From an uncultured Candidatus Saccharibacteria bacterium (GTDB taxonomy: Bacteria > Patescibacteriota > Minisyncoccia > UBA6257 > WO2-44-18), in contig CAZWVU010000004.1 in assembly GCA_964637575.1 (NCBI GenBank), positions 14,788-78,787 on the forward strand: a stretch of 64,000 nt of DNA, given 5' to 3'. Position 1 is the first letter of the stretch; the number at the start of each line of letters is the position of its first letter. Below the pieces are notes generated by a model. That model had not been told where the DNA came from. It saw only the letters and a list, made by a program, of their open reading frames with translations, and did no database searches. A program made the translations under genes and the position numbers. This document shows positions 16,940-26,500 of the stretch, piece after piece.

Positions 16940-18408
16940 TGAAAATTTTGAATTTAAAATTTACAATTTTAAAAAAAGAAGAAGGGCAGTCGCTTGTTGA
17001 GCTCCTGGTCGCGATCGGCATTTTCAGCATCGCGACGGCCGCCGGCTTCAGTTTATTTTTCGGCGGGCAGATCATCTCCACCGACAGCTCCAATATCAAT
17101 CTGGCCACGGATTACGTCCGGGAGGCGCAGGACGCGCTCCGCGCGATCCGCAACCGCAATTTTACCGAACTGCTCACCGACGGGCCGCACGGCTTTACCT
17201 TCAACGGATCGGAGTGGCTCCTGTCGTCCAGTACCTCTGACACGAAAGATGTGTTTACGCGGCAGGTGAACATCGCCAAGGGGGATTCGGATAACATCAA
17301 GATCGCCACCACCACCGTCACCTGGTCCAGCGCCGATCCCAGCCGGACCGAAAGCCTTACCTTCGTCGAGCAGTTTACCGACTGGGAAACGCCGCTCCAG
17401 AGCAGCTGCAAGTCGCAGGCGCTGACCGGCGACTGGACGAATCCGGTTACGCTTGGTTCGGCGGATATCGGTTCGGGAAATTCCGGGACGGACGTCGTCG
17501 CCAAAGGCAGTTACGCCTACGTGAGCGGTACCGCTTCTTCCGCGAGCAAGCCGGATATTTTTGTGTTTGACGTGAGCGCGCCCGCGGCGCCGGTGCAAAA
17601 GGCTTCACTCAACGTTACCAACGGAGGAATCAACGCGCTTTTCCTGAATGGCAATTACCTCTACGCGGCTTCGCCCGACAACAGCAAGGAATTTCTGGTC
17701 TTTGACGTGACTACCCCGACCAGCATCACTCTCAAGGGTTCGCTGGATTTAACCGGCAACGATGACGCGCTTTCGGTAGTGACGATCGGCACCACTGCGA
17801 TCGTCGGACGGCAAGGAAGTGCCGCCAAACAGATCTCGTTTATTGACGTGAGCGACCCGGCCAATCCGAGCGTGATCAAAGAATTCACCAGTCCCAATGG
17901 CGGCGATATTACCGATCTCGCCTACACGGACAACCGGCTCTACGCGACGAATTATCTTGCCAACGGCACCGCCGACATCCTGACATTCGATATCACCGAT
18001 CCCAGAAACCCCACCTATATCAGCAGTTACGATGTTCCCGCCACGGACAAGCCGCTTTCCGCGTACGTGGAAATCAAAGCGGGCGGCACCAATCTTCTGC
18101 TGGGCGACGGCGACAATGAACTGGTGGCGGTGGGGGCGACAACCACGAGCGGCATGTACGTCCGGAGCCGGGTGAACGTCGGGGGCAAGGTGAATGATAC
18201 CGTCTGCGTGCTGGGCAATCTCGCGTTTCTCGCCACCGATAACCAGAACGCCGAATTTACCGTGGTGAATGTGAATAATCTCAACAGCCTTTCCGTGTAC
18301 TCAACTCTGAATTACCCGAATTTCGCGACCGGAATCGATTTCGACAGCAACAAGGTCTACATGGCGGTGCGAAGCAACGACGCGCTGCGCATTATCACGT
18401 CGCAATAA
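16939..18408 (+). CDS. Prepilin fused to an LVIVD-repeat beta-propeller
   Basis: GQSLVE class III signal; repeated YAYV / FDVS.P..P units. Confidence 0.85.
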   Translation: MKILNLKFTILKKEEGQSLVELLVAIGIFSIATAAGFSLFFGGQIISTDSSNINLATDYVREAQDALRAIRNRNFTELLTDGPHGFTFNGSEWLLSSSTSDTKDVFTRQVNIAKGDSDNIKIATTTVTWSSADPSRTESLTFVEQFTDWETPLQSSCKSQALTGDWTNPVTLGSADIGSGNSGTDVVAKGSYAYVSGTASSASKPDIFVFDVSAPAAPVQKASLNVTNGGINALFLNGNYLYAASPDNSKEFLVFDVTTPTSITLKGSLDLTGNDDALSVVTIGTTAIVGRQGSAAKQISFIDVSDPANPSVIKEFTSPNGGDITDLAYTDNRLYATNYLANGTADILTFDITDPRNPTYISSYDVPATDKPLSAYVEIKAGGTNLLLGDGDNELVAVGATTTSGMYVRSRVNVGGKVNDTVCVLGNLAFLATDNQNAEFTVVNVNNLNSLSVYSTLNYPNFATGIDFDSNKVYMAVRSNDALRIITSQ

Positions 18409-18413
18409 AACTT

Positions 18414-18908
18414 ATGCAGCCAAATTTAAAATTCCGGAACAGGGGGTTCACGCTTATCGAAACGCTTATCTATTCGGCGATCACCACGCTGTTCCTGACC
18501 GCCGCCCTCCTGATGATCTATCAGATGATCAGCAGTCTCCAGCGCGGGAAGAATGAACGGGAACTCGTGGAAAATCAGAAAGTGCTTGAGCAAAAAATTT
18601 ACTGGGCGCTTCAGAGCGTGTCCGCCATCAATTCGCCGGCGGCGAACGCCACTACCACCAGCCTGTCGGTCAACCGATTGAACTACGGCTCGAATCCCAT
18701 CCTGATTGACATGAACGGCGGCGTGGCGCGGATTACGAAAGGAGCGGGAGCGGCCACCCCGGTCACCAATACGTACTCGGATCTCCAGTCCATGACTTTT
18801 CACCAGTACAGCTGGGACGGCCGGCCGGCGATCCGCGTCCAGGCCACACTGGTGAACCACGTCGCGTCCACATCCGTGAGCATCGACACCACCATCATCA
18901 CCAAATGA
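18414..18908 (+). CDS. Minor prepilin (PilW/GspJ-like)
   Basis: GFTLIE class III signal. Confidence 0.85.
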   Translation: MQPNLKFRNRGFTLIETLIYSAITTLFLTAALLMIYQMISSLQRGKNERELVENQKVLEQKIYWALQSVSAINSPAANATTTSLSVNRLNYGSNPILIDMNGGVARITKGAGAATPVTNTYSDLQSMTFHQYSWDGRPAIRVQATLVNHVASTSVSIDTTIITK

Positions 18909-19300
18909 CCATTTTAAATTTCCGGGGCGGCTATATCGCCATCACCACTTCCATAATATTATCCATCGTCATTTTGGCGATCGCGGCGGCGCTCGGCAGC
19001 AATCATCTGTTTACCCGGATGAACGTTTCCGATTTTGACGACAAGCAGATGAGCCTGAGTGACGCCCGGTCCTGTCTGGACGAAGCCCGCCTGAAACTTT
19101 CGGATGATTCCAGCTATGCCGGCAATGAAACATTCAGCGTCGGGAGCGACCAGTGCACGATTGTATCCGTCAGCACCTCCGGCTCCAACAAAGTAATTGA
19201 GGCGCAGGCGGCAGTAAGCGGCGCTACCACCGATCTCCAGCTTACGGTGAAGACAGTTGATTTATCCACAGTTTCCTTAGAAGAGCTTCCCAATTTTTGA
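18905..19300 (+). CDS. PilX/GspK-like minor pilin
   Basis: GYIAI hydrophobic N-terminus lacking Glu5; position in the operon. Confidence 0.7.
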   Translation: MTILNFRGGYIAITTSIILSIVILAIAAALGSNHLFTRMNVSDFDDKQMSLSDARSCLDEARLKLSDDSSYAGNETFSVGSDQCTIVSVSTSGSNKVIEAQAAVSGATTDLQLTVKTVDLSTVSLEELPNF

Positions 19301-19349
19301 TATAATTGGATTATTCGCTATTTGAAGCGGGAAAGGTCGTGTAACAATA

Positions 19350-19826
19350 ATGAACAACAACATGAAAAAGAACTCAGGTTTTACCCTCATTGAATTGCTC
19401 GTGGTAATCGGAATTATCGCGATTTTGGCAGGTGTGGTAATCGTAGCGTTGAACCCGGCCCGGCAATTCGCCCAGGCTCGGAACACCCAGCGCTCGGCAA
19501 ACGTGAACGCCATCTTGAACGCAGTCGGTCAGCGTCTGGCTGACAACCGCGGCACATGGCCCGTAGTTGCCGGCGATTGCGCCGCCCTCCCGACCGCGAC
19601 GACGACGATCTCCAGTTCGCAGTACAACATCTACAAGTGCATTGTGCCGAACTACATGAGCAGCCTCCCCGTAGATCCTTCGAACGGTACTCTTACCGAT
19701 GCGACGGATTACGACAGCGGCTATGAGATCGTGAAGGACACGACGACCGGACGGGTTACCGTGAACGCCAAGTACGCGGAAGCCATTGCCGGACTTGCCT
19801 CCACGACGATTTCCGTTTCACGCTAA
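19350..19826 (+). CDS. Major type IV pilin, copy 1
   Basis: GFTLIELLVVIGIIAILA..LNPARQ..ARN.QR and LPVDP motifs. Confidence 0.92.
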   Translation: MNNNMKKNSGFTLIELLVVIGIIAILAGVVIVALNPARQFAQARNTQRSANVNAILNAVGQRLADNRGTWPVVAGDCAALPTATTTISSSQYNIYKCIVPNYMSSLPVDPSNGTLTDATDYDSGYEIVKDTTTGRVTVNAKYAEAIAGLASTTISVSR

Positions 19827-19832
19827 ATTCCC

Positions 19833-20297
19833 ATGAATAAACAATCAGGTTTTACCCTCATTGAATTGCTCGTGGTAATCGGAATTATCGCGATTTTGGC
19901 AGGTGTGGTAATCGTAGCGTTGAACCCGGCCCGGCAATTCGCCCAGGCTCGGAACACCCAGCGCTCGGCAAACGTGAACGCCATCTTGAACGCAGTCGGT
20001 CAGCGTCTGGCTGACAACCGCGGCACATGGCCCGTAGTTGCCGGCGATTGCGCCGCCCTCCCGACCGCGACGACGACGATCTCCAGTTCGCAGTACAACA
20101 TCTACAAGTGCATTGTGCCGAACTACATGAGCAGCCTCCCCGTAGATCCTTCGAACGGTACTCTTACCGATGCGACGGATTACGACAGCGGCTATGAGAT
20201 CGTGAAGGACACGACGACCGGACGGGTTACCGTGAACGCCAAGTACGCGGAAGCCATTGCCGGACTTGCCTCCACGACGATTTCCGTAAGCAGATAG
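19833..20297 (+). CDS. Major type IV pilin, copy 2 (identical mature protein)
   Basis: 19845-20287 reads identical to 19374-19816. Confidence 0.92.
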   Translation: MNKQSGFTLIELLVVIGIIAILAGVVIVALNPARQFAQARNTQRSANVNAILNAVGQRLADNRGTWPVVAGDCAALPTATTTISSSQYNIYKCIVPNYMSSLPVDPSNGTLTDATDYDSGYEIVKDTTTGRVTVNAKYAEAIAGLASTTISVSR

Positions 20298-20305
20298 TCT
20301 GCGAG

Positions 20306-20339
20306 AAACCAAAAAACCGCTTAGGCGGTTTTTTGGTTT
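20306..20339. terminator. Bidirectional intrinsic terminator
   Basis: AAACCAAAAAACCGC-TTAG-GCGGTTTTTTGGTTT between convergent genes. Confidence 0.75.
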
Positions 20340-21019
20340 TAGGAGAAAAGTCCGTGCTTCACTATGACCCAGAGCGCCCGGAGGCCGTCAGTCCAGCGGA
20401 TTTTTTTGCCCTCTTCAAACGTGCGCCCATAGTACGAGACGCCGATTTCATAAAACCGCCAGCGTTTTTTACCGAGCTTAATCGTCACTTCCGGTTCGAA
20501 TCCAAAATCTTCTTCAACGAGCCGGACCGACCGGATTGCCTCGCGGCGGAATACTTTATAGCAGGTTTCGATATCGGTAAGGTTGAGGTTGGCAAAAAGA
20601 TTGGTGAGAAAAGTGATGAACCGGTTGGCGAGATAATGGCCGAAGAGCATCACGCGGTGCGGCGAAGACCCGACAAAGCGGGAGCCGTACACCACGTCCG
20701 CCTTTCCTTCCGCGATCGGCTGGATCAGGCGGGGATAATCCGCCGGGTCATATTCCAGATCGGCATCCTGGATAAGGATGATATCGCCGGTCGCCGCGGC
20801 GAGTCCGGTGTGAAGCGCCGCGCCCTTGCCGCGGTTCATTTCGTGACGGAGGACGGTAGCGTTGGGCGCCTGGTAGCCGCGGAGAAACCCGCGCGTGCCG
20901 TCGGTGGAGCAGTCATCCACAATAATAATTTCATCCGGTTTCTGTTCCTGCACTTTTTTCAGGATGAGGGGCAGGGTTTTTTCCTCGTTATAGACGGGAA
21001 TGATTATGGAAAGCTTCAT
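20339..21019 (-). CDS. GT2 glycosyltransferase (polyprenol-phosphate sugar synthase-like)
   Basis: SIIIPVYNEE, DDCSTDGT, QDADLEY, GSRF and DIETCYK motifs. Confidence 0.92.
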   Translation of the reverse strand: MKLSIIIPVYNEEKTLPLILKKVQEQKPDEIIIVDDCSTDGTRGFLRGYQAPNATVLRHEMNRGKGAALHTGLAAATGDIILIQDADLEYDPADYPRLIQPIAEGKADVVYGSRFVGSSPHRVMLFGHYLANRFITFLTNLFANLNLTDIETCYKVFRREAIRSVRLVEEDFGFEPEVTIKLGKKRWRFYEIGVSYYGRTFEEGKKIRWTDGLRALWVIVKHGLFS

Positions 21020-21139
21020 CCCGCACATAACAAAGAGTGCGTTTCACGCAATCTTTGCATAAGATCATGCCGCGACTTTTCCTTGGGTTGATTTTGCATA
21101 AATGATTATAAGGTTAATTGCTCTTTGTTATGTGTGGGA
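21019..21139 (-). mobile_element. 121-bp MITE-like relative of the GIY-YIG element
   Basis: 19-bp inverted repeats TCCC(G/A)CACATAACAAAGAG (21019-21037 / 21121-21139, one mismatch); TTCA direct repeats at 21015-21018 and 21140-21143. Confidence 0.8.
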
Positions 21140-21143
21140 TTCA

Positions 21144-22703
21144 TTACAGTATTTTGTATACCACCGTGTCCGGATTTTCAAACACGTTCCGGAAGGCCGG
21201 CGCGGTGGAAAGGTATTTGTTGAGCGAAGGATTCCGTGATTTTTCCAGCACGATATAAGAAGCATGGAAGTCATTTTTGAGCGCCTGATAGGTGCTTTCC
21301 ACCTGGCCGGCGGTGCAGCGCACTTCGGCGCAGGTGTAGCCGGTAGCCGCGTCTATCGAGTAGAAATGGGTCTTCCAATACAGCTGGGGATTGAAGTCAT
21401 ATTCAAAGATCGGATCCATGCCGTTGATGTAGTAGTTGTTCGGATCCCAGAAAAACAGTTCGCCAAACCGGTCCCAGTGGATGTTGAAAACGATTTCGCC
21501 GGGTTTCGTGTGCTGGCCAAGCCATTCGCCGGCTGGCTGCATCAGGAGGGGATGGAAGGCGTTGGTAACATAGGTATCAAAACGGTAGATATTCTTGAAC
21601 GGCGCGATAATCAGGGCGATTATGGCGGCGAGGACCGCCAGCGTGTGGGAAGCCGAGCGGCTGTTTTTTTGCTGATAGAAAAGAGTGGCCAGCAGCGCGA
21701 TAAAGATACTACCGAATCCGACGAAGAGTTCGTTGGAACGCCGGGCGATTCCGAAGGTCATCGCCGCGAAGATCAGGGTAAGGAGTCCGCTGCTCCAGAC
21801 GGCAACCCGGATTTCCGGGCGCAATTCCCTGAACCTTCTGCTTTTAATCAAAAACAAGAGAAACCCGGCGGCCAGTATCAGAAGGATGGTAATAGGAATA
21901 AGCTGATCGACGAAATTTTCCCAGACAAAAGGCGTCAATTCCCTGCCGAAACGGAGTGGCAGCATCTGTTGTTTCACCGACATCAGCTTTACCACCTGAA
22001 TGACCGCAAGTTTCAGCGTGCCGACGGGGTTGGGACGGGCGAGCCAGCCGGCCAGTACGCCTGTGCCGGCCGCGAGCAGCGACCGCCAGCCGGCGCCGCG
22101 CCGCGAAAGAACATGAAAGAGCGCCACGGCCAACGCCACAATCCCCGCGACCCAGATAAGCGAAATATGAATCCAGGCGAAGACCGCTGAAATCGCCGCG
22201 ATTGGCCAGAGTCCGCGGAGTGAGACGGGATTTTCCACCAGGAAAGAAAAGAGCAGCAGGGTAAGTCCGAGCGACAGGGGATGCGGACGGAGCATGGCCA
22301 GCCGGTACATCAGATCGGCGGTGATGACGGCGAAGATCATTGTCCAGAACAGCGGCCAGCGGACGCGGAGGCGCTTGAATGCCCAGAAGGCGAGAAGGAG
22401 CGAGGCGATCGTCACGGCAAAGGTGCCCCAGTAGATCCCGTATATCAGAAGATGGAACAGCGTGAAGGGGATCAGGAGGATATGGAATCCATACCAGATA
22501 TCGGAAGCATAGGTTTTGATTGAAGAATCCTGCGTCCAGGGAAAGGCAGTCTGGAACGGGCCGTTGACGCGGTATTCCCAGGCGTGCCGAATATGGTAAA
22601 ACCCGTCCGTGTCGGCGATATTCGGGAAGAGCTGGGTATGAAGCAGCAGCGCGAACAGGGTGATGACGGCAAAGGCGGCGAGCCATTCATACTTTTTAAA
22701 CAT
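21144..22703 (-). CDS. Polytopic membrane protein, putative GT-C glycosyltransferase
   Basis: About 12 TM segments, D.D.FYH in the first loop, soluble C-terminal domain; next to GT2. Confidence 0.65.
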   Translation of the reverse strand: MFKKYEWLAAFAVITLFALLLHTQLFPNIADTDGFYHIRHAWEYRVNGPFQTAFPWTQDSSIKTYASDIWYGFHILLIPFTLFHLLIYGIYWGTFAVTIASLLLAFWAFKRLRVRWPLFWTMIFAVITADLMYRLAMLRPHPLSLGLTLLLFSFLVENPVSLRGLWPIAAISAVFAWIHISLIWVAGIVALAVALFHVLSRRGAGWRSLLAAGTGVLAGWLARPNPVGTLKLAVIQVVKLMSVKQQMLPLRFGRELTPFVWENFVDQLIPITILLILAAGFLLFLIKSRRFRELRPEIRVAVWSSGLLTLIFAAMTFGIARRSNELFVGFGSIFIALLATLFYQQKNSRSASHTLAVLAAIIALIIAPFKNIYRFDTYVTNAFHPLLMQPAGEWLGQHTKPGEIVFNIHWDRFGELFFWDPNNYYINGMDPIFEYDFNPQLYWKTHFYSIDAATGYTCAEVRCTAGQVESTYQALKNDFHASYIVLEKSRNPSLNKYLSTAPAFRNVFENPDTVVYKIL

Positions 22704-22753
22704 TTATTGATTGTAGCAAATAAAATTCCCCGACGTATATCGGGGAATTCCGG

Positions 22754-23128
22754 TCAGACTTTCGCGGCGAGATGGAACTCCACCTTGAAGGGTCCGGGAG
22801 TCTGGCGCTCTTCTTCGTAGGCGGGCAGTTCCAGCGCTTTGCCGAAGTTTTCGTACTGCACGAAGATGACGCTGCACTCTTTCTTTCCGCTGACGGCGTA
22901 CACGCGCACGGATTCGATGAGGCCGCGGGCCTGTTCCGCCCAGATGCCGAGCGCCATAGCCTGCATCGCTCCCACGGAGGCAGCCAGGATTGCCGTTCTC
23001 CAGTCGCCGAAAGCTTCCTGCTCGATCAGCTCGAGCTCCTGAAAAATCGCCGCCATTTCCCGGGAAGCCGCTTCCGCCGAAACGTCCACGGTTTTGCCAT
23101 TTTCCTTCCGCTTCACTACGCACCTCAC
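22754..23128 (-). CDS. Hypothetical protein
   Basis: 124-aa ORF in the gap between the two paralogs, same strand. Confidence 0.55.
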   Translation of the reverse strand: MRCVVKRKENGKTVDVSAEAASREMAAIFQELELIEQEAFGDWRTAILAASVGAMQAMALGIWAEQARGLIESVRVYAVSGKKECSVIFVQYENFGKALELPAYEEERQTPGPFKVEFHLAAKV

Positions 23129-23176
23129 TCAAATTTCTACCATCAAATTACTAAAAAAATGGCAAAAAGTCAAATT

Positions 23177-24727
23177 TTATTTTACTCGGTACACAAGTTC
23201 ATTTTCAGTGGCGAACACTTTTTCAAAATGCGGATCGGCGGCGAGATTCGCGGCAAAACCGGCATTGCGGTCCAGCTCCACCATCACGTATTTCGCGCGA
23301 AAGTCGCCGGCGATGGCTTCATACAGCGATTTCCCGTCTTGGGGCGTACAGGGGAGCGCCGGGCAGGTGTACGGCTTGCCGCCGACGGCAAGGAAAAAAT
23401 TCTCAAAATAAAGTTTCGGATTGTAGGCGTATTCAAAGATCGGATCAGCGCCGTTGATGTAATAATCGCGATCATTCCAGAAGAAGAGCATCGGGAAGGA
23501 ATCCCAGGAAGTGTGAAATACAGTATCGCCGGGGCGGGAATGATCCTTCAGCCACAATGAAGCAGTTCTCAACTGGTCAGCGCCGCCCGCCGGCTCGGCG
23601 GCGTAGGTGGTATAGAGATAGGAATGCCAGGTCAGCATCACCAACAAAAGGCAGCCGAACACCAGCGACACCGCCGGTTTTTTAGAATGGTGCCACCATG
23701 AAAAAAGCGACGCGGCGAGTATCACCGCGAAAAGGGCGAAAAAATCGGTGGCGCGGCGGCCGAGCGTGAAGCCGAGCGCCAGAAAGACAATCGACAGGCA
23801 GGAGGCAGACCAGACAAGACGTTTCATTTCGGAAGGAGCGGCGGAGAATTTTTTGGATTTGAGCGCGAATGCCAGAATCCCGATGGCGATCAGCCAAACG
23901 GCAAGGATGGGAATGAGTTGGGTGAGGATGACGGTGCCGTTCAGCGGCCGGAGTTCGTCGCCGGAAAGAAGCGGGACGCCAGCCCGCTTCGCGGCGATCA
24001 GCTCAAAGAGCTGAATCCACAGGATCTTCGCGGCGCCGAACGGGTTGGGGCGGGAGAGCCAGCCAAGCAGCGTGCCCGCGATCACGGACGCCGGCATCTG
24101 CCAGAAATGTTTTTTCTCCACCCGCGCAGTAACGATTGCGACCACTGCGGTAACGAGCGGGGCAATCCAAAAAAAAGCGAGGTGCAGAAAAGGGATCGCG
24201 AACGCGAGCGCCGCAAGCAGGAGCCAGGATTTTTTAGTGGCCGGCTTGGCCTGAACGGAGCCGAATGGCCTGATAAGGAAAGAAAAAATCAGGGCGAGAA
24301 ACGCGATGGTCAGTGTGTTCGGCCGGAGCTGGTTCAACCGGAAGAGCAGATTCGGCGTGGCGAAATAAAAAAGAAGCGTCCAGAAAAACGGCCAGCGGAT
24401 TTCGTGGCGTTTCAGGACGAAATAAAATCCGAGCAGGGCCAGTGCCGCGAAGAGTGTCGCCGCCATTTTTACGCCAAGCGTGAGATCGGAAAAGACCGTG
24501 AAAGGGATCAGCAAAAGATGAAAGCCGTACCAGATATCGGCCTGATATGTCTTCCAGACGGAGAATTGCGTCCATGGGAAATCGGTACGGAATATCCCGT
24601 TCTGCGCGTAAACTGCCGCGTGCGTGATGTGATAAAACTGGTCCGGTTCAATCAATTGTCCCGGACCGAACACAAACACCGCGGCAAGCGCCAGGAAAAG
24701 TAAAAACACCGGCAGCCAGAATTTCAT
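23177..24727 (-). CDS. Polytopic membrane protein, paralog of 21144-22703
   Basis: Shared FYHI.HA, FPWTQ, DIWYGFH and YYING.DPIFEY motifs. Confidence 0.65.
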   Translation of the reverse strand: MKFWLPVFLLFLALAAVFVFGPGQLIEPDQFYHITHAAVYAQNGIFRTDFPWTQFSVWKTYQADIWYGFHLLLIPFTVFSDLTLGVKMAATLFAALALLGFYFVLKRHEIRWPFFWTLLFYFATPNLLFRLNQLRPNTLTIAFLALIFSFLIRPFGSVQAKPATKKSWLLLAALAFAIPFLHLAFFWIAPLVTAVVAIVTARVEKKHFWQMPASVIAGTLLGWLSRPNPFGAAKILWIQLFELIAAKRAGVPLLSGDELRPLNGTVILTQLIPILAVWLIAIGILAFALKSKKFSAAPSEMKRLVWSASCLSIVFLALGFTLGRRATDFFALFAVILAASLFSWWHHSKKPAVSLVFGCLLLVMLTWHSYLYTTYAAEPAGGADQLRTASLWLKDHSRPGDTVFHTSWDSFPMLFFWNDRDYYINGADPIFEYAYNPKLYFENFFLAVGGKPYTCPALPCTPQDGKSLYEAIAGDFRAKYVMVELDRNAGFAANLAADPHFEKVFATENELVYRVK

Positions 24728-24819
24728 ACATAAAAGTATATATCATGTAAGGAAAAAGCGGGTCGGGCGTCTTCTACAGTGAGCCAAAGGTCGAAACCGA
24801 AGCTCATAATTACAAAATA

Positions 24820-25566
24820 ATGAACACAAATATGAAAAATCTTCTCATGGCGTTCGCGTTTAGCGTGGCGGTAACGGCGGTAGTCGCAGTCGGTTTGCCG
24901 GTGGCATTTGCCGAGGCGGACTCGGCGACGAGCACGCCGGCAACCCATCAGCTGGCGCAGATGTCGGTGAATGTCGAACGGAACGGTAATATAAAACTGG
25001 TCGGACAATTGACCGCCGTCAGCGGCACTAATCTTACGGTGCAGAGCTGGGGAGGCGCCTGGGCGGTGGATGCTTCGGCCGCGAAGATCGTCCGCCGGTT
25101 TAACGGCGAATCCAATTTTGCCGAGTATCAGGTCGGTGACACGGTGACGGTCTGGGGTGACGCTTCCGCGAGCGGCCTTACCGTCAAGGCGAAGATGGTC
25201 AAGGATGAATCCATCCAGAAGCGGGGCGCTGACTTCATCGGAGTTATTTCCGGAGTCAATGCATCCAGCACGACCAGCTTCACGCTGACTGTGAAGAACC
25301 GCGGCGCGCTGGCGATTACGGTGAATGCGGATACCAAAATCACCATCAACGGCCAGTCCGCGTCTTCTACTGCGGGTTTGACGAACGGCATGTACGCGAG
25401 CGTTACCGGAGTTTGGGATACCACCAACTCCACGGTCATCGCGGCCACGGTGAACGCCAGGACCGCGGCGAGCGTGCTTGATGACGCGAATCCGAGCTTC
25501 CTGCAAAAGATATTCCGCTTCTTCGGAGGCAGGGGCAAGGGAGAAGGCAAGGGAAATCAGGAATAG
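24820..25566 (+). CDS. Secreted protein with DUF5666-like OB repeats
   Basis: Signal peptide; G.(L/I)..V...L repeats and VGD.V.V.G. Confidence 0.7.
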   Translation: MNTNMKNLLMAFAFSVAVTAVVAVGLPVAFAEADSATSTPATHQLAQMSVNVERNGNIKLVGQLTAVSGTNLTVQSWGGAWAVDASAAKIVRRFNGESNFAEYQVGDTVTVWGDASASGLTVKAKMVKDESIQKRGADFIGVISGVNASSTTSFTLTVKNRGALAITVNADTKITINGQSASSTAGLTNGMYASVTGVWDTTNSTVIAATVNARTAASVLDDANPSFLQKIFRFFGGRGKGEGKGNQE

Positions 25567-25615
25567 TTCACGCAAAACATCCGCTTCGGCGGATGTTTTT
25601 GGTTTCTTTGGTTTC

Positions 25616-25682
25616 GCGAACTCCTCCTTCTCCTCGCCAGGACGTCGGGCTACAATCCTGTCTGCGGGAAGGAGGAGTTCGC
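25616..25682. repeat. Repeat family A, copy 4
   Basis: Core at 25635-25671 closed by a GCGAACTCCTCCTTC/GAAGGAGGAGTTCGC stem. Confidence 0.9.
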
Positions 25683-25753
25683 TGCCGTCTCGCAGAATGG
25701 TTTTTCAAGGGAAATCATGCTAAATTAGGAATAGTTTTTTTAGGAAAAAACGT

Positions 25754-26113
25754 ATGGACAAGCAGGGCTTGCCGGCGAATGTGAACCCGTTTTGTGTCGT
25801 GGATGATCACTGCCTGTGCGACGGCTTGCATGCGTATCACTGGCCCGGATACTTCGCTGAAATTCCGCGGTCAGAACCGAACCGCAATCCGTGTGGTGTT
25901 ACCGCGCGTGCGGATGTGCAGATGCCGGCGCTTTCCCAGCAGGAGGCGGAGGCATTTGTGCGCGACGTGCATGACCACGATTGTCTGAGTCGCGTATTTG
26001 CCGTAAAGGAAGAATGGAAGCACCTTATCCCCGCTGATTTGAGGAAATCCGTGCTGGTGGCAAAGACTACCGAAGGCCACTGCCTTTCCGACGCAACGTA
26101 TTATCTGGAATAA
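25754..26113 (+). CDS. Hypothetical Cys/His-rich protein
   Basis: 119-aa ORF followed by a hairpin. Confidence 0.5.
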   Translation: MDKQGLPANVNPFCVVDDHCLCDGLHAYHWPGYFAEIPRSEPNRNPCGVTARADVQMPALSQQEAEAFVRDVHDHDCLSRVFAVKEEWKHLIPADLRKSVLVAKTTEGHCLSDATYYLE

Positions 26114-26265
26114 TCCCCGCGCCCTCTCTAGGGCGCTTTTTCCTTCCGCGCTGCTCAAATTACCTAAGGCGTACTGGTAATACTTATAAAAACGGTCTTC
26201 CTACGCCAAACATCGCGGATTTTCTTCTTTTAAAAATAACTGCGAAGTCTTCCGTTCTTCTCTGT

Positions 26266-26434
26266 AGCCAGCCGGAATATTTTCGAGGGAATATCTCGGA
26301 GCCGATTCGGCTGGCCTGGCGCATGGTTGCGCCAGGGCCAAGGGTGCCTTGCGAATCGGCGAGAGCTAAGTGGTGCCGTTGCGCCGCCGGAGCGCAACGG
26401 ACACCCGGTTCCCGAGAAGATGTTCCGGCTGGTT
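26266..26434 (-). repeat. Structured repeat family B, copy 2 (core inverted)
   Basis: Reverse complement of the core (..CAACGGACACCCGGTTCCCG) with an extra internal hairpin. Confidence 0.85.
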
Positions 26435-26500
26435 GAGGTGGCAGGAGAAGAATGGAAGACAAGCCCACCTTGTAAGAAATATGCTATTATATCGTCGTAT

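Noticed and set aside
16937-16943. Another TAATGAA stop/start junction
   Set aside because: No inverted repeat is present; at most an unoccupied potential target
19374-20287. Possible DGR template/variable repeat pair
   Set aside because: The copies read identical, with no adenine-specific mismatches and no reverse transcriptase in the window
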